DNA of 64,000 nucleotides from a bacterium (lineage in GTDB: Bacteria > UBA8248), in NCBI GenBank assembly GCA_965204535.1, contig OZ241996.1, positions 96,001 through 160,000 on the forward strand, given 5' to 3'. How positions within the stretch are numbered: position 1 is the first letter of the stretch; every line of letters starts with the position of its first letter. A program made the position numbers and the translations under genes. The notes under the pieces are model-generated. The model made no database searches, had not been told where the DNA came from, and worked only from the letters and a program-made list of their open reading frames with translations. Shown here in pieces: positions 20,651 through 34,176 of the stretch.

Positions 20651-21561
20651 GCGAAGCCCGGGGGTTGTTCGAAGCACACCTGCGCGATGAGCGCGACAGT
20701 TCGGAGCACACGGTCCGCGCATACACGGCAGACCTGAAAGACTTCGATGCGTTCCTCACCGATTGGGCGCAAAAACCGGTACCGCTCGACGAAATCGACT
20801 CCCTGGCCGTTCGCGGCTATCTCGGATTTCTGTACCGCAAGGGCGTCTCTCCAACGACCGTGAACCGGCATCTATCAAGCATACGCAGCCTGTTTCGTTT
20901 CTTAAGGCGAGAAGGCTTCTCCGTGGATGATCCGGCGGGGGAAGTGCCCTCGCCTAAAGAAAACAGGCCCTTGCCGACGTTCCTGCCCGTGGATGACGCC
21001 GTTCGCCTCATGGAGATGCCCGATACGTCGACTCCCGAAGGCGTCCGGGACAAGGCGATTTTCGAACTGCTCTACGGGTCGGGGCTGCGGGTGAGCGAAT
21101 TGACGGGGCTCAACCACTCGGATTTGAACATGGCGGAAAGGCTCATCCGCGTTCGCGGAAAAGGAAGAAAAGAGAGAATCGTGCCCATCACCAGGGAAGC
21201 GGCCAAAGCCGTAGACAACCACCTCGCCCTGAAAGAAACAGATGCACTCGAGGATTCACCGCTTTTCATCAACAAGCGAAACAAGCGGATTTCTCCGGCC
21301 TTCGTGCGCTCCATCTTCCGCGCGTATGAAAAAAAAGGCGGTTTCGGCTATCATTTCACCCCTCATGCCCTCCGCCATACGGCGGCGACGCATTTGCTGG
21401 AAAGCCAGGAGGCCGACCTGAGATCGATTCAGGAATTATTGGGGCACGCGAGCCTCTCCACGACGCAAAGATACACGCAAGTGGATTTCTCACACCTGCG
21501 CGCCGTGTATGACGACGCGCACCCAAGGGCAAGAAGAAACGCGAACGAGGACGATAGATGA
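20617..21561 (+). CDS. xerC: Tyrosine recombinase XerC
   Basis: [16 protein letters not shown] and catalytic Tyr; canonical trmFO-xerC-hslVU context. Confidence 0.92.
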   Translation: MEKQARLTNSLSEARGLFEAHLRDERDSSEHTVRAYTADLKDFDAFLTDWAQKPVPLDEIDSLAVRGYLGFLYRKGVSPTTVNRHLSSIRSLFRFLRREGFSVDDPAGEVPSPKENRPLPTFLPVDDAVRLMEMPDTSTPEGVRDKAIFELLYGSGLRVSELTGLNHSDLNMAERLIRVRGKGRKERIVPITREAAKAVDNHLALKETDALEDSPLFINKRNKRISPAFVRSIFRAYEKKGGFGYHFTPHALRHTAATHLLESQEADLRSIQELLGHASLSTTQRYTQVDFSHLRAVYDDAHPRARRNANEDDR

Positions 21562-22106
21562 CGAAACCGGGTGAAACCATTCGCTCCACCACCATTCTCG
21601 CGCTGCGCTACAAGGGGCGAACGGCCCTGGGCGGGGACGGGCAGGTCACCATGGGAAATGCGGCGGTGAAGCACGGCGCCGTGAAAATACGCAGGCTCGG
21701 CGACGGGAAAGTGCTCGCCGGTTTCGCGGGTTCTGCTTCCGACGCCATCGCCCTGTTCGAGCGATTCGAGGGAAAACTCGAAGAATACCGGGGGAACCTG
21801 TCCCGCGCCGCCGTGGAGATGGGCAAGGACTGGAGAACGGACAGGGTCTTGCGCCGTCTCGAAGCCCTTCTGGCGGTGGCGGATGAGGAAACCTCGCTCA
21901 TTCTCTCGGGTACGGGCGACATCATCGAGCCCGATGACGGCGTTCTCGGAATCGGCAGCGGCGGTCCCATGGCCATCGCCGCCGCGCGCGGAATCCTGAG
22001 TCTGGAGCCCGACCTCGGCGCAGAGGAAATCGTAAAAAAATCTCTGGAAATCGCAGCGGATATCTGCGTCTACACCAACAGCAACATTACAGTGGAAACC
22101 CTTTGA
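21558..22106 (+). CDS. hslV: ATP-dependent protease subunit HslV
   Basis: [27 protein letters not shown]. Confidence 0.97.
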   Translation: MTKPGETIRSTTILALRYKGRTALGGDGQVTMGNAAVKHGAVKIRRLGDGKVLAGFAGSASDAIALFERFEGKLEEYRGNLSRAAVEMGKDWRTDRVLRRLEALLAVADEETSLILSGTGDIIEPDDGVLGIGSGGPMAIAAARGILSLEPDLGAEEIVKKSLEIAADICVYTNSNITVETL

Positions 22107-23464
22107 TGGAAAATCTCACCCCCACACGAATCGTCGAGGAACTCGACCGCTACGTCATCGGCCAGAAAGACGCCAAGCGGGCGGTGGCGGTTGCGCTCAG
22201 AAACCGCTGGCGCAGGCAACAACTCCCGCCCGAGATGGCGGAGGACGTGGCTCCCAAGAACATTATCATGATCGGCCCCACCGGCGTCGGTAAAACCGAG
22301 ATCGCCAGACGCCTGGCCAAGCTCGCGAAAAGCCCGTTCATCAAGGTCGAAGCCAGCAAATTCACCGAGGTGGGCTACGTGGGCCGCGACGTGGAGAGCA
22401 TGATTCGCGACCTCGTCGAACTGGCGCGCAACATCGTTCAGGACGAGCAGCGCGAAATCAACAAGACCAAGGCCCAGGAACTGGCCGAAGACCGCCTGCT
22501 GGACCTTCTTCTGCCGCATCCCCCCGGGTTCGGCGCGATGGACGAACGCGGCCAGACCAAGGACCCGCTCGGAGAGGAGAGCTACCAGCGCACGCGGGAG
22601 AAGTTTCGCGCCCTGTTACTCGAGGGAAAGCTCGACGACCGGGAAGTGGAGATAGAGGTGGCGGACAAAGGCCCCGAAATCCATTTCATGGGCGGGAGCG
22701 ATCTGGAGCAGATCGGCATCAACATGAAGGAGATCATGGGGAATTTCATGCCACAAAGCCCGAAGAGCAGGCGCATGAAGGTGCCGGAGGCTTTCGAGTA
22801 CCTCGCTCAGGAAGAAGCGGACAAACTCATCGACTCGGACAGCCTGAACGCCGAGGCCATCGAGCACACCGAGCAGTCCGGCATCGTGTTCCTCGATGAG
22901 GTCGACAAGGTCGCCGCCCAGAACAACGGCAGAGGAGGCCCCGACGTCTCGCGCGAGGGCGTGCAAAGAGACCTGCTTCCCATCGTGGAAGGCTCCACCG
23001 TACAGACCAAGTACGGCCCGGTGAAGACGGACCACATCCTCTTCATCGCGGCGGGCGCGTTCCACATGGCCAAACCCTCGGACCTCCTCCCCGAGCTGCA
23101 GGGCCGCTTTCCCATCCGCGTGGAACTCGATTCGCTGGACCGCGACGATTTCATACGCATACTCCAGGAACCGGAAAACGCGCTGGTGCGCCAATACCCC
23201 GCCCTTCTGGCGACCGAGGGCGTGAACATCGCGTTCGGGGAAGACGCCGTGAAGGAAGTGGCCGACTTCGCCTTCCGCATCAACGAGCAGACCGAAAACA
23301 TCGGCGCCAGAAGACTCCACACCATCATGGAGCGGCTTCTCGAGGAAATTTCCTTCCGGGCGCCCGAGATGTCAGGCGAAAACGTGGAGATAGACGCCGC
23401 ATATGTGCGTGAGCGCCTCACCGACATCGTCGAAGACCTTGACTTGAGCCGTTATATTCTCTAA
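22106..23464 (+). CDS. hslU: ATP-dependent protease ATPase subunit HslU
   Basis: [33 protein letters not shown]-terminal DLSRYIL. Confidence 0.97.
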   Translation: MENLTPTRIVEELDRYVIGQKDAKRAVAVALRNRWRRQQLPPEMAEDVAPKNIIMIGPTGVGKTEIARRLAKLAKSPFIKVEASKFTEVGYVGRDVESMIRDLVELARNIVQDEQREINKTKAQELAEDRLLDLLLPHPPGFGAMDERGQTKDPLGEESYQRTREKFRALLLEGKLDDREVEIEVADKGPEIHFMGGSDLEQIGINMKEIMGNFMPQSPKSRRMKVPEAFEYLAQEEADKLIDSDSLNAEAIEHTEQSGIVFLDEVDKVAAQNNGRGGPDVSREGVQRDLLPIVEGSTVQTKYGPVKTDHILFIAAGAFHMAKPSDLLPELQGRFPIRVELDSLDRDDFIRILQEPENALVRQYPALLATEGVNIAFGEDAVKEVADFAFRINEQTENIGARRLHTIMERLLEEISFRAPEMSGENVEIDAAYVRERLTDIVEDLDLSRYIL

Positions 23465-23567
23465 ACCTTCTGCCCCTCCCCCTTGGCCTTGCGCATCGGG
23501 GGAGTGTATATTCCTCGGCTTATGACGAGAGAGCAGTAGCTCATCGTTTCTTTTTGAAGGTTCAGGC

Positions 23568-24443
23568 ATGGAACCAAGAGACAGGGCGGCGACGCTGATT
23601 GAAGCGCTGCCCTACATCCAACAGTTTGCGGGCAAGACCATCGTCGTCAAATACGGCGGCGCGGCCCAGGTGCAACCGGAGCTTCACGCCCCCTTCGCCC
23701 AGGACATCGTGCTTCTCAAATACGTGGGGATCAACGTGGTCGTCGTCCACGGCGGCGGCCCCCAAATCGGTGAGACCCTCAAGAAAATCGGCAAGACCAG
23801 CGAGTTCATCGAAGGCCTCCGGGTGACGGACGAGGAAACGGTCGGCGTGGTGGAGATGGTGCTTTCCGGAGCCACGAACAAGAGCATCGTGAGGCTCATC
23901 AACCGGCACGGAGGGAACGCCGTCGGCCTTTCCGGCTCGGACGCCGGCCTCACGACGGCGAAGAAACTGATCATGAGCAGAAAAGGACCAGGTGGTGAGG
24001 ACGTGGAATATGACCTGGGGCGCGTCGGCGAGGTCCTGGCCATCAAGCCCGACATCATCCACCATCTCACAGACGGCGGTTTCATCCCCGTCATTGCGCC
24101 CCTCGGCGTGGGGCAGGACGGCAACGTCTACAACATCAATGCCGATTCGGCGGCGGGCGCCATTGCCGGGGCGCTTCACGCGGAAAAATTCATCCTCCTG
24201 ACGGACGTTCCCGGCATTCTGGACGAGAACGAGAAGCTCATCAGCACCATCAGGCGCGATGACGCCAAAAGGTTCAAAGAGGAGAAAATCATCACCGGCG
24301 GGATGATCCCGAAAGTCGACGCGTGTCTGGACGCGCTCTCATCGAACGTCACGAAAACCCACATCGTCGACGGCAGGGTTCCGCACGCGGTTTTGCTCGA
24401 AGTGTTCACGGACGAAGGCGTGGGCACGCAAATCGTCAGATAG
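23568..24443 (+). CDS. argB: Acetylglutamate kinase
   Basis: EALPYI..VKYGG, VHGGGP, NINAD, GGMIPK. Confidence 0.97.
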   Translation: MEPRDRAATLIEALPYIQQFAGKTIVVKYGGAAQVQPELHAPFAQDIVLLKYVGINVVVVHGGGPQIGETLKKIGKTSEFIEGLRVTDEETVGVVEMVLSGATNKSIVRLINRHGGNAVGLSGSDAGLTTAKKLIMSRKGPGGEDVEYDLGRVGEVLAIKPDIIHHLTDGGFIPVIAPLGVGQDGNVYNINADSAAGAIAGALHAEKFILLTDVPGILDENEKLISTIRRDDAKRFKEEKIITGGMIPKVDACLDALSSNVTKTHIVDGRVPHAVLLEVFTDEGVGTQIVR

Positions 24444-24463
24444 CTTCTTTTTTGGGGAAAAGC

Positions 24464-25657
24464 ATGGACAACGCCACACTGATCACAGACGCCGAACTCA
24501 ACGTCGCCCCCACGTACGGGCGCTACCCCATCGCGTTGGTCCGTGGCGAGGGATGCCGCGTCTGGGATGCGGACGGTAAAGAATATCTGGATTTCGTATC
24601 CGGTCTGGCGGTGTGCAATCTCGGGCATTGCCACCACGAGGTCGTGGCCGCCATCAGGGAACAGGCGGGAAAGCTGATCCACGTCTCGAACCTCTATCAC
24701 ATCGCACCCCAGATCGAGTTGGCGAAAAGGCTCAACCGGCTCTCTTTCGGGGATAAGGCGTTCTTCTGCAACAGCGGCACCGAGGCTGTCGAAGCGGCGC
24801 TCAAGCTCGCCAGAAAGTATTCGTTCCAAAAATACGGGGAAGGCCGCCACGAGATACTGAGCTTCGACATGAGTTTTCACGGCAGAACCATGGCGTCGCT
24901 CACCGCTACGGGCCAGGAGAAATTTCACGGGGCGTTCAAGCCCCTGCTGCCCGGTTTCCGCTACGTGCCCTTCGGCGATTTGGAATCGGTGGCCGCCTCA
25001 GTCAGCGAGCAAACCTGCGCCATCATGGTGGAGCCCATCCAGGGCGAAGGCGGCGTGAACGTGCCGCCCGACGGCTATCTCAAGGGCTTGAGGGAGATTT
25101 GCGACGCGAACGATTTGTTGCTGCTGTTCGACGAGGTACAGGTCGGTCTGGGCAGGACGGGAAAACTCTGGGCGTATGAACACGAAGGCGTCGCGCCCGA
25201 CGCCATGAGCCTGGCGAAGGCCCTGGCGGGCGGAACCGCCATCGGCGCGCTGGTCGCCTCGGACAAGGCCATGGCGTTCGAGCCCGGCGACCACGCGGCG
25301 ACGTTCGGGGGCAATCCCCTGGCCACCGCCGCGGGTTGCGCCGCGATGGACGCCGTCACCGCGCCCGGATTCCTGGAACACGTGCAGGAGATGGGGGCAT
25401 ACGCCACCGCGGGTCTCGAGGAACTGGCGACGCGGCACGCCATCATCAAGGAGATCAGGGGCAAGGGGCTGATCATCGGCTGCGAGGTGGACGTGGACGC
25501 GACATCCATCGTCACGAAGGGGCTGGAGGCGGGCTTTTTGCTCAACGTGGCCGTCCAGAAGGTCATCCGGCTCATCCCTCCCCTCGTCGTGGAAAAAGAG
25601 ATGATCGACAAGCTCATGAATTTCCTGGATGGGGCGCTGGCGGATCTGGCGAAATGA
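24464..25657 (+). CDS. argD: Acetylornithine aminotransferase
   Basis: CNSGTEAVE, FHGRT, EPIQGEGG, DEVQ..GRTG, PLP lysine in LAKAL. Confidence 0.94.
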   Translation: MDNATLITDAELNVAPTYGRYPIALVRGEGCRVWDADGKEYLDFVSGLAVCNLGHCHHEVVAAIREQAGKLIHVSNLYHIAPQIELAKRLNRLSFGDKAFFCNSGTEAVEAALKLARKYSFQKYGEGRHEILSFDMSFHGRTMASLTATGQEKFHGAFKPLLPGFRYVPFGDLESVAASVSEQTCAIMVEPIQGEGGVNVPPDGYLKGLREICDANDLLLLFDEVQVGLGRTGKLWAYEHEGVAPDAMSLAKALAGGTAIGALVASDKAMAFEPGDHAATFGGNPLATAAGCAAMDAVTAPGFLEHVQEMGAYATAGLEELATRHAIIKEIRGKGLIIGCEVDVDATSIVTKGLEAGFLLNVAVQKVIRLIPPLVVEKEMIDKLMNFLDGALADLAK

Positions 25658-26592
25658 AAAAGCTCGACTACCTCACTGGCTTTGAGCTGAGCGCCGCCCA
25701 AACGCTCGAACTCATCGAGGAGGCGCTCGTCCAGAAACAAGAAACGGCCGAAGGGAAACTCCGCCCCGCGCTGGCGGGCAAGAACTTCGCGCTCATCTTC
25801 GAGAAGCACTCCACGAGGACGCGGGTCTCCTTCGAGGCGGGCCTCACCCAACTGGGGGCCAGCACCATTTTCCTGGCGCCGAACGACACGCAGATCGCCC
25901 GGGGGGAAACCCCTGCGGACAGCGCCAGGGTTTTGAGTGAATACGTGGACGGCATCGTCGTCAGGACGTATGCGCATGCACGCGTGGAGGAAATCGCAGC
26001 GAACGCGAGCGTTCCCGTCATCAACGGCCTGACGGACCTTCACCACCCCTGCCAGGCCCTCGCCGATTTCCTCACGATGCGGGAGCGCTACGGCACGCTC
26101 GATGGCCTGAAGCTCGCCTACCTGGGAGACGGGAACAACGTGCTGCATTCGCTGCTCATCGTGGGCGCTCTGATCGGTGTCGACATCAGTGCGGCGTGTC
26201 CGAAAGAGTTTCGGCCGGACGCCAAAATTCTGGAGCAGGCCCGGGGTTCAGCGCGAGAATCGAACGCGCACATCCAGGTTACCGAGGACGCCGAAGAAGC
26301 GTGTGCGGGCGCCCACGCCGTGTATACGGACGTGTGGGCTTCCATGGGACAGGAGGACGAGAACGAGCGCCGCCAGAAAGCACTGGCCCCATACCAGGTG
26401 AATGAAGAGGTATTCCGGCATACAGATAAAAACGCCGTTTTCATGCACTGCCTTCCCGCGCACAGGGGGGAGGAGGTGACAGCGGAGGTCATCGACGGCC
26501 CCAGAAGCGTCGTTTTCACGCAGGCCGGGAACCGGCTCCACGCACAGAAGATACTCCTTCAAATCCTGGCCGGAGGAAATGATGGCGCCTAA
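25654..26592 (+). CDS. argF: Ornithine carbamoyltransferase
   Basis: STRTR, HPCQ, SMG, HCLP motifs. Confidence 0.97.
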   Translation: MKKLDYLTGFELSAAQTLELIEEALVQKQETAEGKLRPALAGKNFALIFEKHSTRTRVSFEAGLTQLGASTIFLAPNDTQIARGETPADSARVLSEYVDGIVVRTYAHARVEEIAANASVPVINGLTDLHHPCQALADFLTMRERYGTLDGLKLAYLGDGNNVLHSLLIVGALIGVDISAACPKEFRPDAKILEQARGSARESNAHIQVTEDAEEACAGAHAVYTDVWASMGQEDENERRQKALAPYQVNEEVFRHTDKNAVFMHCLPAHRGEEVTAEVIDGPRSVVFTQAGNRLHAQKILLQILAGGNDGA

Positions 26593-27793
26593 GCCGAGCA
26601 GGGTGGTCCTCGCCTATTCCGGGGGACTGGACACCTCCGTCATGCTCAAGTGGATAAAGGAGACATACGAGTGCCCCGTCGTGGCCTATGCGGCGGATGT
26701 CGGCCAGGGCGCGGGCGAACTCGACGGCCTGGAGGAAAAGGCGCTGGCCACGGGTGCGGAGTCCTGCCACATCCTGGATTTGAGGGAGGAATTCGCGCGC
26801 GACTACATCTTCCCCATGCTGCGCGCGGGCGCCGTCTATGAAGGCGCCTATCTGCTGGGAACCTCCATCGCCAGGCCCCTCATCGCGAAAGGCCACATGG
26901 ACGTCCTCAAGAAAACGGGGGGCGACGCCGTCGCCCACGGCGCCACCGGCAAGGGGAACGACCAGGTGCGCTTCGAGTTGACCTACGCCTCCATCGACCC
27001 GGACGTCACCATCATCGCGCCCTGGCGCGACTGGGATTTCGGGGGGCGCTCCCACCTCATCGCCTATGCCGAAAGACACGGCATACCGATACCCGTGACG
27101 GCGGAAAAACCCTACTCGATGGACAGAAACCTCCTGCATATCAGCTTCGAGGGCGGCGTTCTGGAAGACCCCTGGGCGGAGCCGCCGGAAGATATGTATG
27201 TCTTGAGCGTATCGCCCGAAAACGCACCCGACGCGCCCGAATACGTCGAAATCGAGTTCGAGAGAGGCGACCCTGTGGCCTTAAATGGAGAACCCCTCTC
27301 GCCGGTCGCCATGATGGAACAGTTAAACGCCCTGGCGGGCGCACACGGCGTGGGCCGGGTGGATCTGGTGGAAAACCGCTTCGTGGGGATGAAGAGCAGA
27401 GGCGTCTACGAGACGCCCGCGGGCACGGTGCTGCACGCGGCGCGCCGGGCCGTGGAATCCCTCACGATGGACCGGGAAGTCCTGCAACTGCGCGATTCCC
27501 TGATCCCCAAATACGCGCAACTCGTCTATAACGGCTTCTGGTTCGCGCCGGAGCGGGAATTCCTGCAATCCGCCATCGACGGCGCGGCGGAATCGGTCTG
27601 CGGCACAGCCCGTGCGAAACTCTACAAGGGTTCCTGCATCGTCGTGGGCAGGAAAGCGCCCGAGAACCTGACCCTCTACCGTTCCGACCTCGCCACCTTC
27701 GAGGAAGATACGGTGTATTCCCAAAAAGACGCGGAAGGATTCATTCGCTTAAACGCCCTGCGGCTGCGGGTGCGGGCGCAACGCGATTCCTAA
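26579..27793 (+). CDS. argG: Argininosuccinate synthase
   Basis: [34 protein letters not shown]. Confidence 0.97.
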   Translation: MMAPKPSRVVLAYSGGLDTSVMLKWIKETYECPVVAYAADVGQGAGELDGLEEKALATGAESCHILDLREEFARDYIFPMLRAGAVYEGAYLLGTSIARPLIAKGHMDVLKKTGGDAVAHGATGKGNDQVRFELTYASIDPDVTIIAPWRDWDFGGRSHLIAYAERHGIPIPVTAEKPYSMDRNLLHISFEGGVLEDPWAEPPEDMYVLSVSPENAPDAPEYVEIEFERGDPVALNGEPLSPVAMMEQLNALAGAHGVGRVDLVENRFVGMKSRGVYETPAGTVLHAARRAVESLTMDREVLQLRDSLIPKYAQLVYNGFWFAPEREFLQSAIDGAAESVCGTARAKLYKGSCIVVGRKAPENLTLYRSDLATFEEDTVYSQKDAEGFIRLNALRLRVRAQRDS

Positions 27794-27919
27794 TGTAATT
27801 CCTGCACTATAAACTACAAATGATTGAATTTTAGGTTATTTTAGTAGTCGGACCAGAAGTCATGCCTCGTGAACATCAGCCTTTGGGGGCCAAACCACCC
27901 CACTTTATATTGAGAAATT

Positions 27920-28849
27920 TTAGGCTTTGGCTGCAGAGCTTCTTTTGCCTCGGGAGCCTCGGCGGGCCGGCTCCGGCCACGCCAGCAGGATGGGACTCGC
28001 CACGTATATCGAGGAATACGTGCCGGCCACGATGCCGACAGCCAGGGCGAACGCCACGTCGGAGATGATGTCGCCACCCAGGAGGAGGAACGCCAGCACG
28101 GCGACGAGCGTCGTGCCTGAGGTGAGCAGCGTGCGCGAAAGCGTCTGGTTGATGGATTTGTTGACGAGTCCTGAAAACTCGGCGCGCCTCGAAGCGCGCG
28201 TATTCTCGCGGATGCGGTCGAACACGACGATGGTGTCGTTCAGCGAATAACCGATGATCGTCAAGACGGCGGCCACGATCGGGAGTGAGAACTCCTTGCC
28301 GGACAAGGAGAAGACGCCGAGCGTGATGATGACGTCGTGCAAAAGCGCCACGACCGAGGCAATCGCCTGTCGAAACTGAAACCGGAAACTGATGTAGATC
28401 AGGATACCGATGAGAGCGAACAGCATGCTGCTGAGCGCCTTCTGGCGTAAATCTGCACCCACTTTGGGCCCCACCATCTCGGTTCTGCGCATCTCGAATG
28501 CGTCTTTGCCGAATTTCTTGATGAGCGCGGTTTTCACGACGGATTCGACGCCCTTGATGTCGCCCGAGCTTTTCTCCACGCGAATCAGGAACTCCCCCTC
28601 GGAGCCGAAATTCTGGATGACCGTATCGCCCAAAGAGAGCCCCGCGACGGCGCTTCGCACGTCGCCAATCGGCTTGGCTTCCTTGAATTGCACCTGCACC
28701 AGCGTTCCGCCGGTGAAATCGATGCCGTAGTTGATCCCCTTGGTCATCAGCAGGAGAAGGGACAACACGACGAACGCGGTGGAGACGCCGACGAAGAGCT
28801 TGATCTTGCCGATGATGTCGAACGATGCGTCTGGCCGGATAATTTCCAT
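27920..28849 (-). CDS. secF: Protein translocase subunit SecF
   Basis: GIDFTGG, GYSLNDTIVVFDRIREN, GTYSSIYVA. Confidence 0.97.
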   Translation of the reverse strand: MEIIRPDASFDIIGKIKLFVGVSTAFVVLSLLLLMTKGINYGIDFTGGTLVQVQFKEAKPIGDVRSAVAGLSLGDTVIQNFGSEGEFLIRVEKSSGDIKGVESVVKTALIKKFGKDAFEMRRTEMVGPKVGADLRQKALSSMLFALIGILIYISFRFQFRQAIASVVALLHDVIITLGVFSLSGKEFSLPIVAAVLTIIGYSLNDTIVVFDRIRENTRASRRAEFSGLVNKSINQTLSRTLLTSGTTLVAVLAFLLLGGDIISDVAFALAVGIVAGTYSSIYVASPILLAWPEPARRGSRGKRSSAAKA

Positions 28850-30399
28850 TAGATGCTCAAACTCCTCACGTCGGTTCGGTACAGGAAGAAGTCATAGACG
28901 AATCGGGTGACGAAAATCGCGGTGAACATGCTCGCCACGATGCCGATGCTCAAGGTGACGGCGAATCCCTTGATGGGACCCGTCCCGAACTGCAGGAGCA
29001 CCAGTGCGGCGATGAGCGTCGTTACGTTCGCGTCCAGAATGGTGAGGAAAGCCTTGCCGTACCCCGAATCGATGGCGGAGCGGATGGTTTTCCCCAGGCG
29101 CAACTCTTCCCTGACGCGCTCGAAAATCAGGACGTTGGCGTCGACCGCCATGCCGACCGTGAGCACGATGCCCGCGATTCCCGGCAGGGTCAGCGTGGCG
29201 CCGAAAAACCCGAGCGCGCCCATGAGGATCAGCAGGTTGAACAGAAGCGCCATGATGGCCACCGCGCCGCTCAACTTGTAGTAGATTCCCATGAATACCA
29301 AAACCAGAGCGAAACCGACGATGATGCTGATGAGTCCCTGTCGTACGGAATCGGCTCCCAGCGAAGGCCCGACGTTTCTCTCCTCCAGAACTTCCACCGG
29401 GGCGGGAAGCGCACCCGCTCTCAGCGCGATCGCCAGATCCGTCGCCTCTTCGAGCGTGAAACTCCCTGTTATCTGCGCCCTGCCCTGGCTGATTCGCTCC
29501 TGAATGACGGGCGCGCTATAAATGACGCCGTCGAGCACGATGGCGAGGCGCCTGCCCACGTTGGCCGCCGTGAGGCGGTCGAACGCATCCCCCCCCACGG
29601 AATCGAACGCGATGGCCACGTAGGACTGGTTGAAGCGGTCGCCGATTTCCACGCGCGCATCGGTCAGGTTGTCCCCGGTCAGGGCGGCTTCTTTTTTCAC
29701 CAGCAAGGGCGTGCGCTCGATCACCTCGCCCGTCTGACTGTCTCTGGTCACCTGATACAAAAGCTGCAGCCCCTCGGGCGCGCGGCCGCGTTCTACCGCG
29801 CTGGCGACGTTGGCCTGGCTGTCCACCATCTTGAATTCGAGAAGCGCCGTTTTGCCGATTAAAGACTTCGCCCGGGAGGGGTCTTCCACGCCCGGAAGCT
29901 GGATGATGATGCGGCGCTCTCCCTGGCGCTGGAGCGTGGGTTCACGCACGCCGAACTGATCGATGCGGTTTCGAATCGTCTCGAGCGCCTGAATGATGGC
30001 CTGCTCTTTCGTGCGCTCCACCTGTTGTGAGGAAAGGAAATAAGCGAACGTCGGAGGGGCGCCCTCCTCCCGCTCCAGGGTGAGATCGGGGTAATTCTGC
30101 ATCATCGAGAGGAAGCGCCCCCTGTCGCCGGGGCGATGCAGGGTCACGGTCAGCCTCAGACCGTCGCGCTTGAAGGTACGGGTGCGGATGTCGTCTATGG
30201 AAAGGCGGTTTCGAAGCTCCGTGAAGTAGCGGCTCATCTTCGATTCCACCGCTTTTTCGGATTGCACCTCGAGAACGAGATGAATCCCGCCCTGCAGATC
30301 AAGGCCTAAGTTGATGCGCTCGGCCGGAGGAATCAGATAAAACGCGGAGACGGCGATAACGATGGCTATCAGACCCGCCCGCCAGCTTGCACCCCTCAT
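28849..30399 (-). CDS. secD: Protein translocase subunit SecD
   Basis: LGLDLQGG, LRAGALPAP, GMAVDANVLIFER. Confidence 0.97.
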   Translation of the reverse strand: MRGASWRAGLIAIVIAVSAFYLIPPAERINLGLDLQGGIHLVLEVQSEKAVESKMSRYFTELRNRLSIDDIRTRTFKRDGLRLTVTLHRPGDRGRFLSMMQNYPDLTLEREEGAPPTFAYFLSSQQVERTKEQAIIQALETIRNRIDQFGVREPTLQRQGERRIIIQLPGVEDPSRAKSLIGKTALLEFKMVDSQANVASAVERGRAPEGLQLLYQVTRDSQTGEVIERTPLLVKKEAALTGDNLTDARVEIGDRFNQSYVAIAFDSVGGDAFDRLTAANVGRRLAIVLDGVIYSAPVIQERISQGRAQITGSFTLEEATDLAIALRAGALPAPVEVLEERNVGPSLGADSVRQGLISIIVGFALVLVFMGIYYKLSGAVAIMALLFNLLILMGALGFFGATLTLPGIAGIVLTVGMAVDANVLIFERVREELRLGKTIRSAIDSGYGKAFLTILDANVTTLIAALVLLQFGTGPIKGFAVTLSIGIVASMFTAIFVTRFVYDFFLYRTDVRSLSI

Positions 30400-30474
30400 G
30401 AAACTCTCCTTACGCCGGGCGGCTCCATGCCGCCCGTACCGGAAACCATTTCACCGGGTGAAGGCGAAATGACT

Positions 30475-30870
30475 TCACTTTTGTTTTTCTGGTTTTTCTT
30501 TCTGGGGAGCCTTGTTCTGCTCCGCATTCGCGCTCGAACCCGCAGCCGTCACAAAAGACTTCTGCACGCGAATACGCACGTTTTCATCCACTTTCAGCGT
30601 CACGATGTCGTCTTTGATTCTAGCCACTTCTCCCAGAATTCCACTCGCGACCACCTGATCTCCGGGCTTGAGGGCCTCCTGCATCCTCTTGATTTCCTGC
30701 TGCCTCTTCTGTTGGGGCCTGATCATGATGAAATAGATGATGGCGAAAATCATCAGGAACGGCGCCAGCTGAATCAGGAAACTGGGCTGCCCGCCACCCC
30801 CGCCGGAAGGAGGAGCCATGGCGTACGCAACAGAAGAATCCGCCAACCATGCCGCTAAAGAATCCAACAT
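30475..30870 (-). CDS. yajC: Preprotein translocase subunit YajC
   Basis: IYFIMIRPQQKR..LKPGDQV; between tgt and secD. Confidence 0.95.
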   Translation of the reverse strand: MLDSLAAWLADSSVAYAMAPPSGGGGGQPSFLIQLAPFLMIFAIIYFIMIRPQQKRQQEIKRMQEALKPGDQVVASGILGEVARIKDDIVTLKVDENVRIRVQKSFVTAAGSSANAEQNKAPQKEKPEKQK

Positions 30871-30919
30871 TCCCGAATCTCCATGGAAATTACGCTAAGC
30901 CTGTCCTCATAGCCAAGGC

Positions 30920-30948
30920 TTCGTAGCAAAGCCCCCGCTCCTTGTCAA
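30920..30948 (-). promoter_or_regulatory. Putative sigma70 promoter for yajC-secDF
   Basis: Minus strand TTGACA, 17 bp, TACGAA with extended -10 TG; the -10 is weak. Confidence 0.4.
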
Positions 30949-30971
30949 CAAAGGCATTAAGAATCAGTCGC

Positions 30972-32926
<1,955 letters not shown>

Positions 32927-32958
32927 TGCCGCTCTCGCCTCTGTAGAACAACCACTCG

Positions 32959-34134
32959 CTACAACTTGCGGACATGAGTCACCCGACCCTCTCGCAAATA
33001 GATTCTCGGCACGCGGACGCCCACACCGCACATGATCTCATAGGGTATCGTTTCGGCCCTGTCGGCCAACTCCTCGCAACTGACGGCTCCATCGCCCCCC
33101 TCTCCCAGCAGGACGACTTCGTCTCCCGGCGCGATGGTTTCGATATTCGTCACATCGAGCGCAAGCATATCCATCGATACGCGCCCCGCCACCGGAACCC
33201 GCACGCCGCCGGCCAGCGCATCCGCACGGCTGGAAAGAATGCGCGGATACCCGTCTCCATATCCCGCCGCCACGATTGCGATTCGACCGGGAGAGTTTCT
33301 CTCATACGTTCCGCCATAGCCGACCGGCCGGCCCGCTTCGACCTCTTTCACCTGCAGCACCCTCGCGGCCCACGTCATGGCGGTTTTGAGAGCGGCGTTC
33401 TTTGAAAACTGAGGCGAGCAGCCATACAGCGCGATGCCCAGACGAACCAGATTGCCGGGCGCCCGGGGATAATTCAGCAAGCCCGCGCTGTTCGCCATGT
33501 GGAGATGGGGGGGAAGCAGGTTTTTCTCCCGAAACGCATGGATGAGCGCCTCCATCTCGTGAATTTGAGCGCCCGTCGCCTCCCCTCCATCTTCTTCGTC
33601 CGCCCGGGCGAAGTGGCTCATCAGCCCGGCGACCTCGACCCCTTCCTCCCGGGATGCCCGCTCGATGAAATCGACGGCCTCGGCAGGGCGCAACCCCAGG
33701 CGCCCCATCCCCGTATCCACCTTGACGTGGATTCTCGCTGTTTTGCCCGCTCCTCTCGCCGCGCCCGCCAGGCCCTCCATCTGCTCCACGTGCCAGACGG
33801 CGGCGTCGCAATCCGCATCGACCAGCCTTTTCGCGTTATACGCCAACGTATCGCTCATCACCAATATGCGCGCATCGGCGAATCCGTCTCCCGCCCCGTC
33901 GGCGCGAAGCGATTCCGCCTCCTCCACCGCCGCCACGCCGAACCATCTGGCGCCCGCTTCATATACGGCGCGAGCGACCTCTACGCCCCCGTGCCCGTAG
34001 CCCTCCGCCTTCACGACGGCGAACGGCTCCTGAGAAGGGAGCAGACTCGTCAGATTTTTATAGTTTTGAATCAGGATGTCCAGATCGATGAAGAGGGCGT
34101 TGCGAAATCCGGACGGCAGCAAATGTTTGCTCAA
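32959..34134 (-). CDS. alr: Alanine racemase
   Basis: AVVKAEGYGHG, HVKVDTGMGRLG, GYGDGY, GRVSMD. Confidence 0.96.
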   Translation of the reverse strand: MSKHLLPSGFRNALFIDLDILIQNYKNLTSLLPSQEPFAVVKAEGYGHGGVEVARAVYEAGARWFGVAAVEEAESLRADGAGDGFADARILVMSDTLAYNAKRLVDADCDAAVWHVEQMEGLAGAARGAGKTARIHVKVDTGMGRLGLRPAEAVDFIERASREEGVEVAGLMSHFARADEEDGGEATGAQIHEMEALIHAFREKNLLPPHLHMANSAGLLNYPRAPGNLVRLGIALYGCSPQFSKNAALKTAMTWAARVLQVKEVEAGRPVGYGGTYERNSPGRIAIVAAGYGDGYPRILSSRADALAGGVRVPVAGRVSMDMLALDVTNIETIAPGDEVVLLGEGGDGAVSCEELADRAETIPYEIMCGVGVRVPRIYLREGRVTHVRKL

Positions 34135-34176
34135 AAAGAAAGCCCCCTTCGGGGAGACGGCTTCGCAGCTTCTTTG

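Noticed and set aside
20617-21561. Tyrosine recombinase as a possible prophage or island integrase
   Set aside because: Size, motifs and the topA-trmFO-xerC-hslVU context indicate housekeeping XerC; no att sites or cargo seen
23470-23560. Hairpins before argB as an attenuator, or ARG boxes
   Set aside because: Stems are imperfect; no Arg-rich leader peptide or ArgR consensus; at most an hslU terminator plus promoter
27814-27842. Possible dif site (TTAGGTTATTT resembles the XerD arm)
   Set aside because: No XerC arm at the 6-bp spacing; only a partial match within AT-rich DNA
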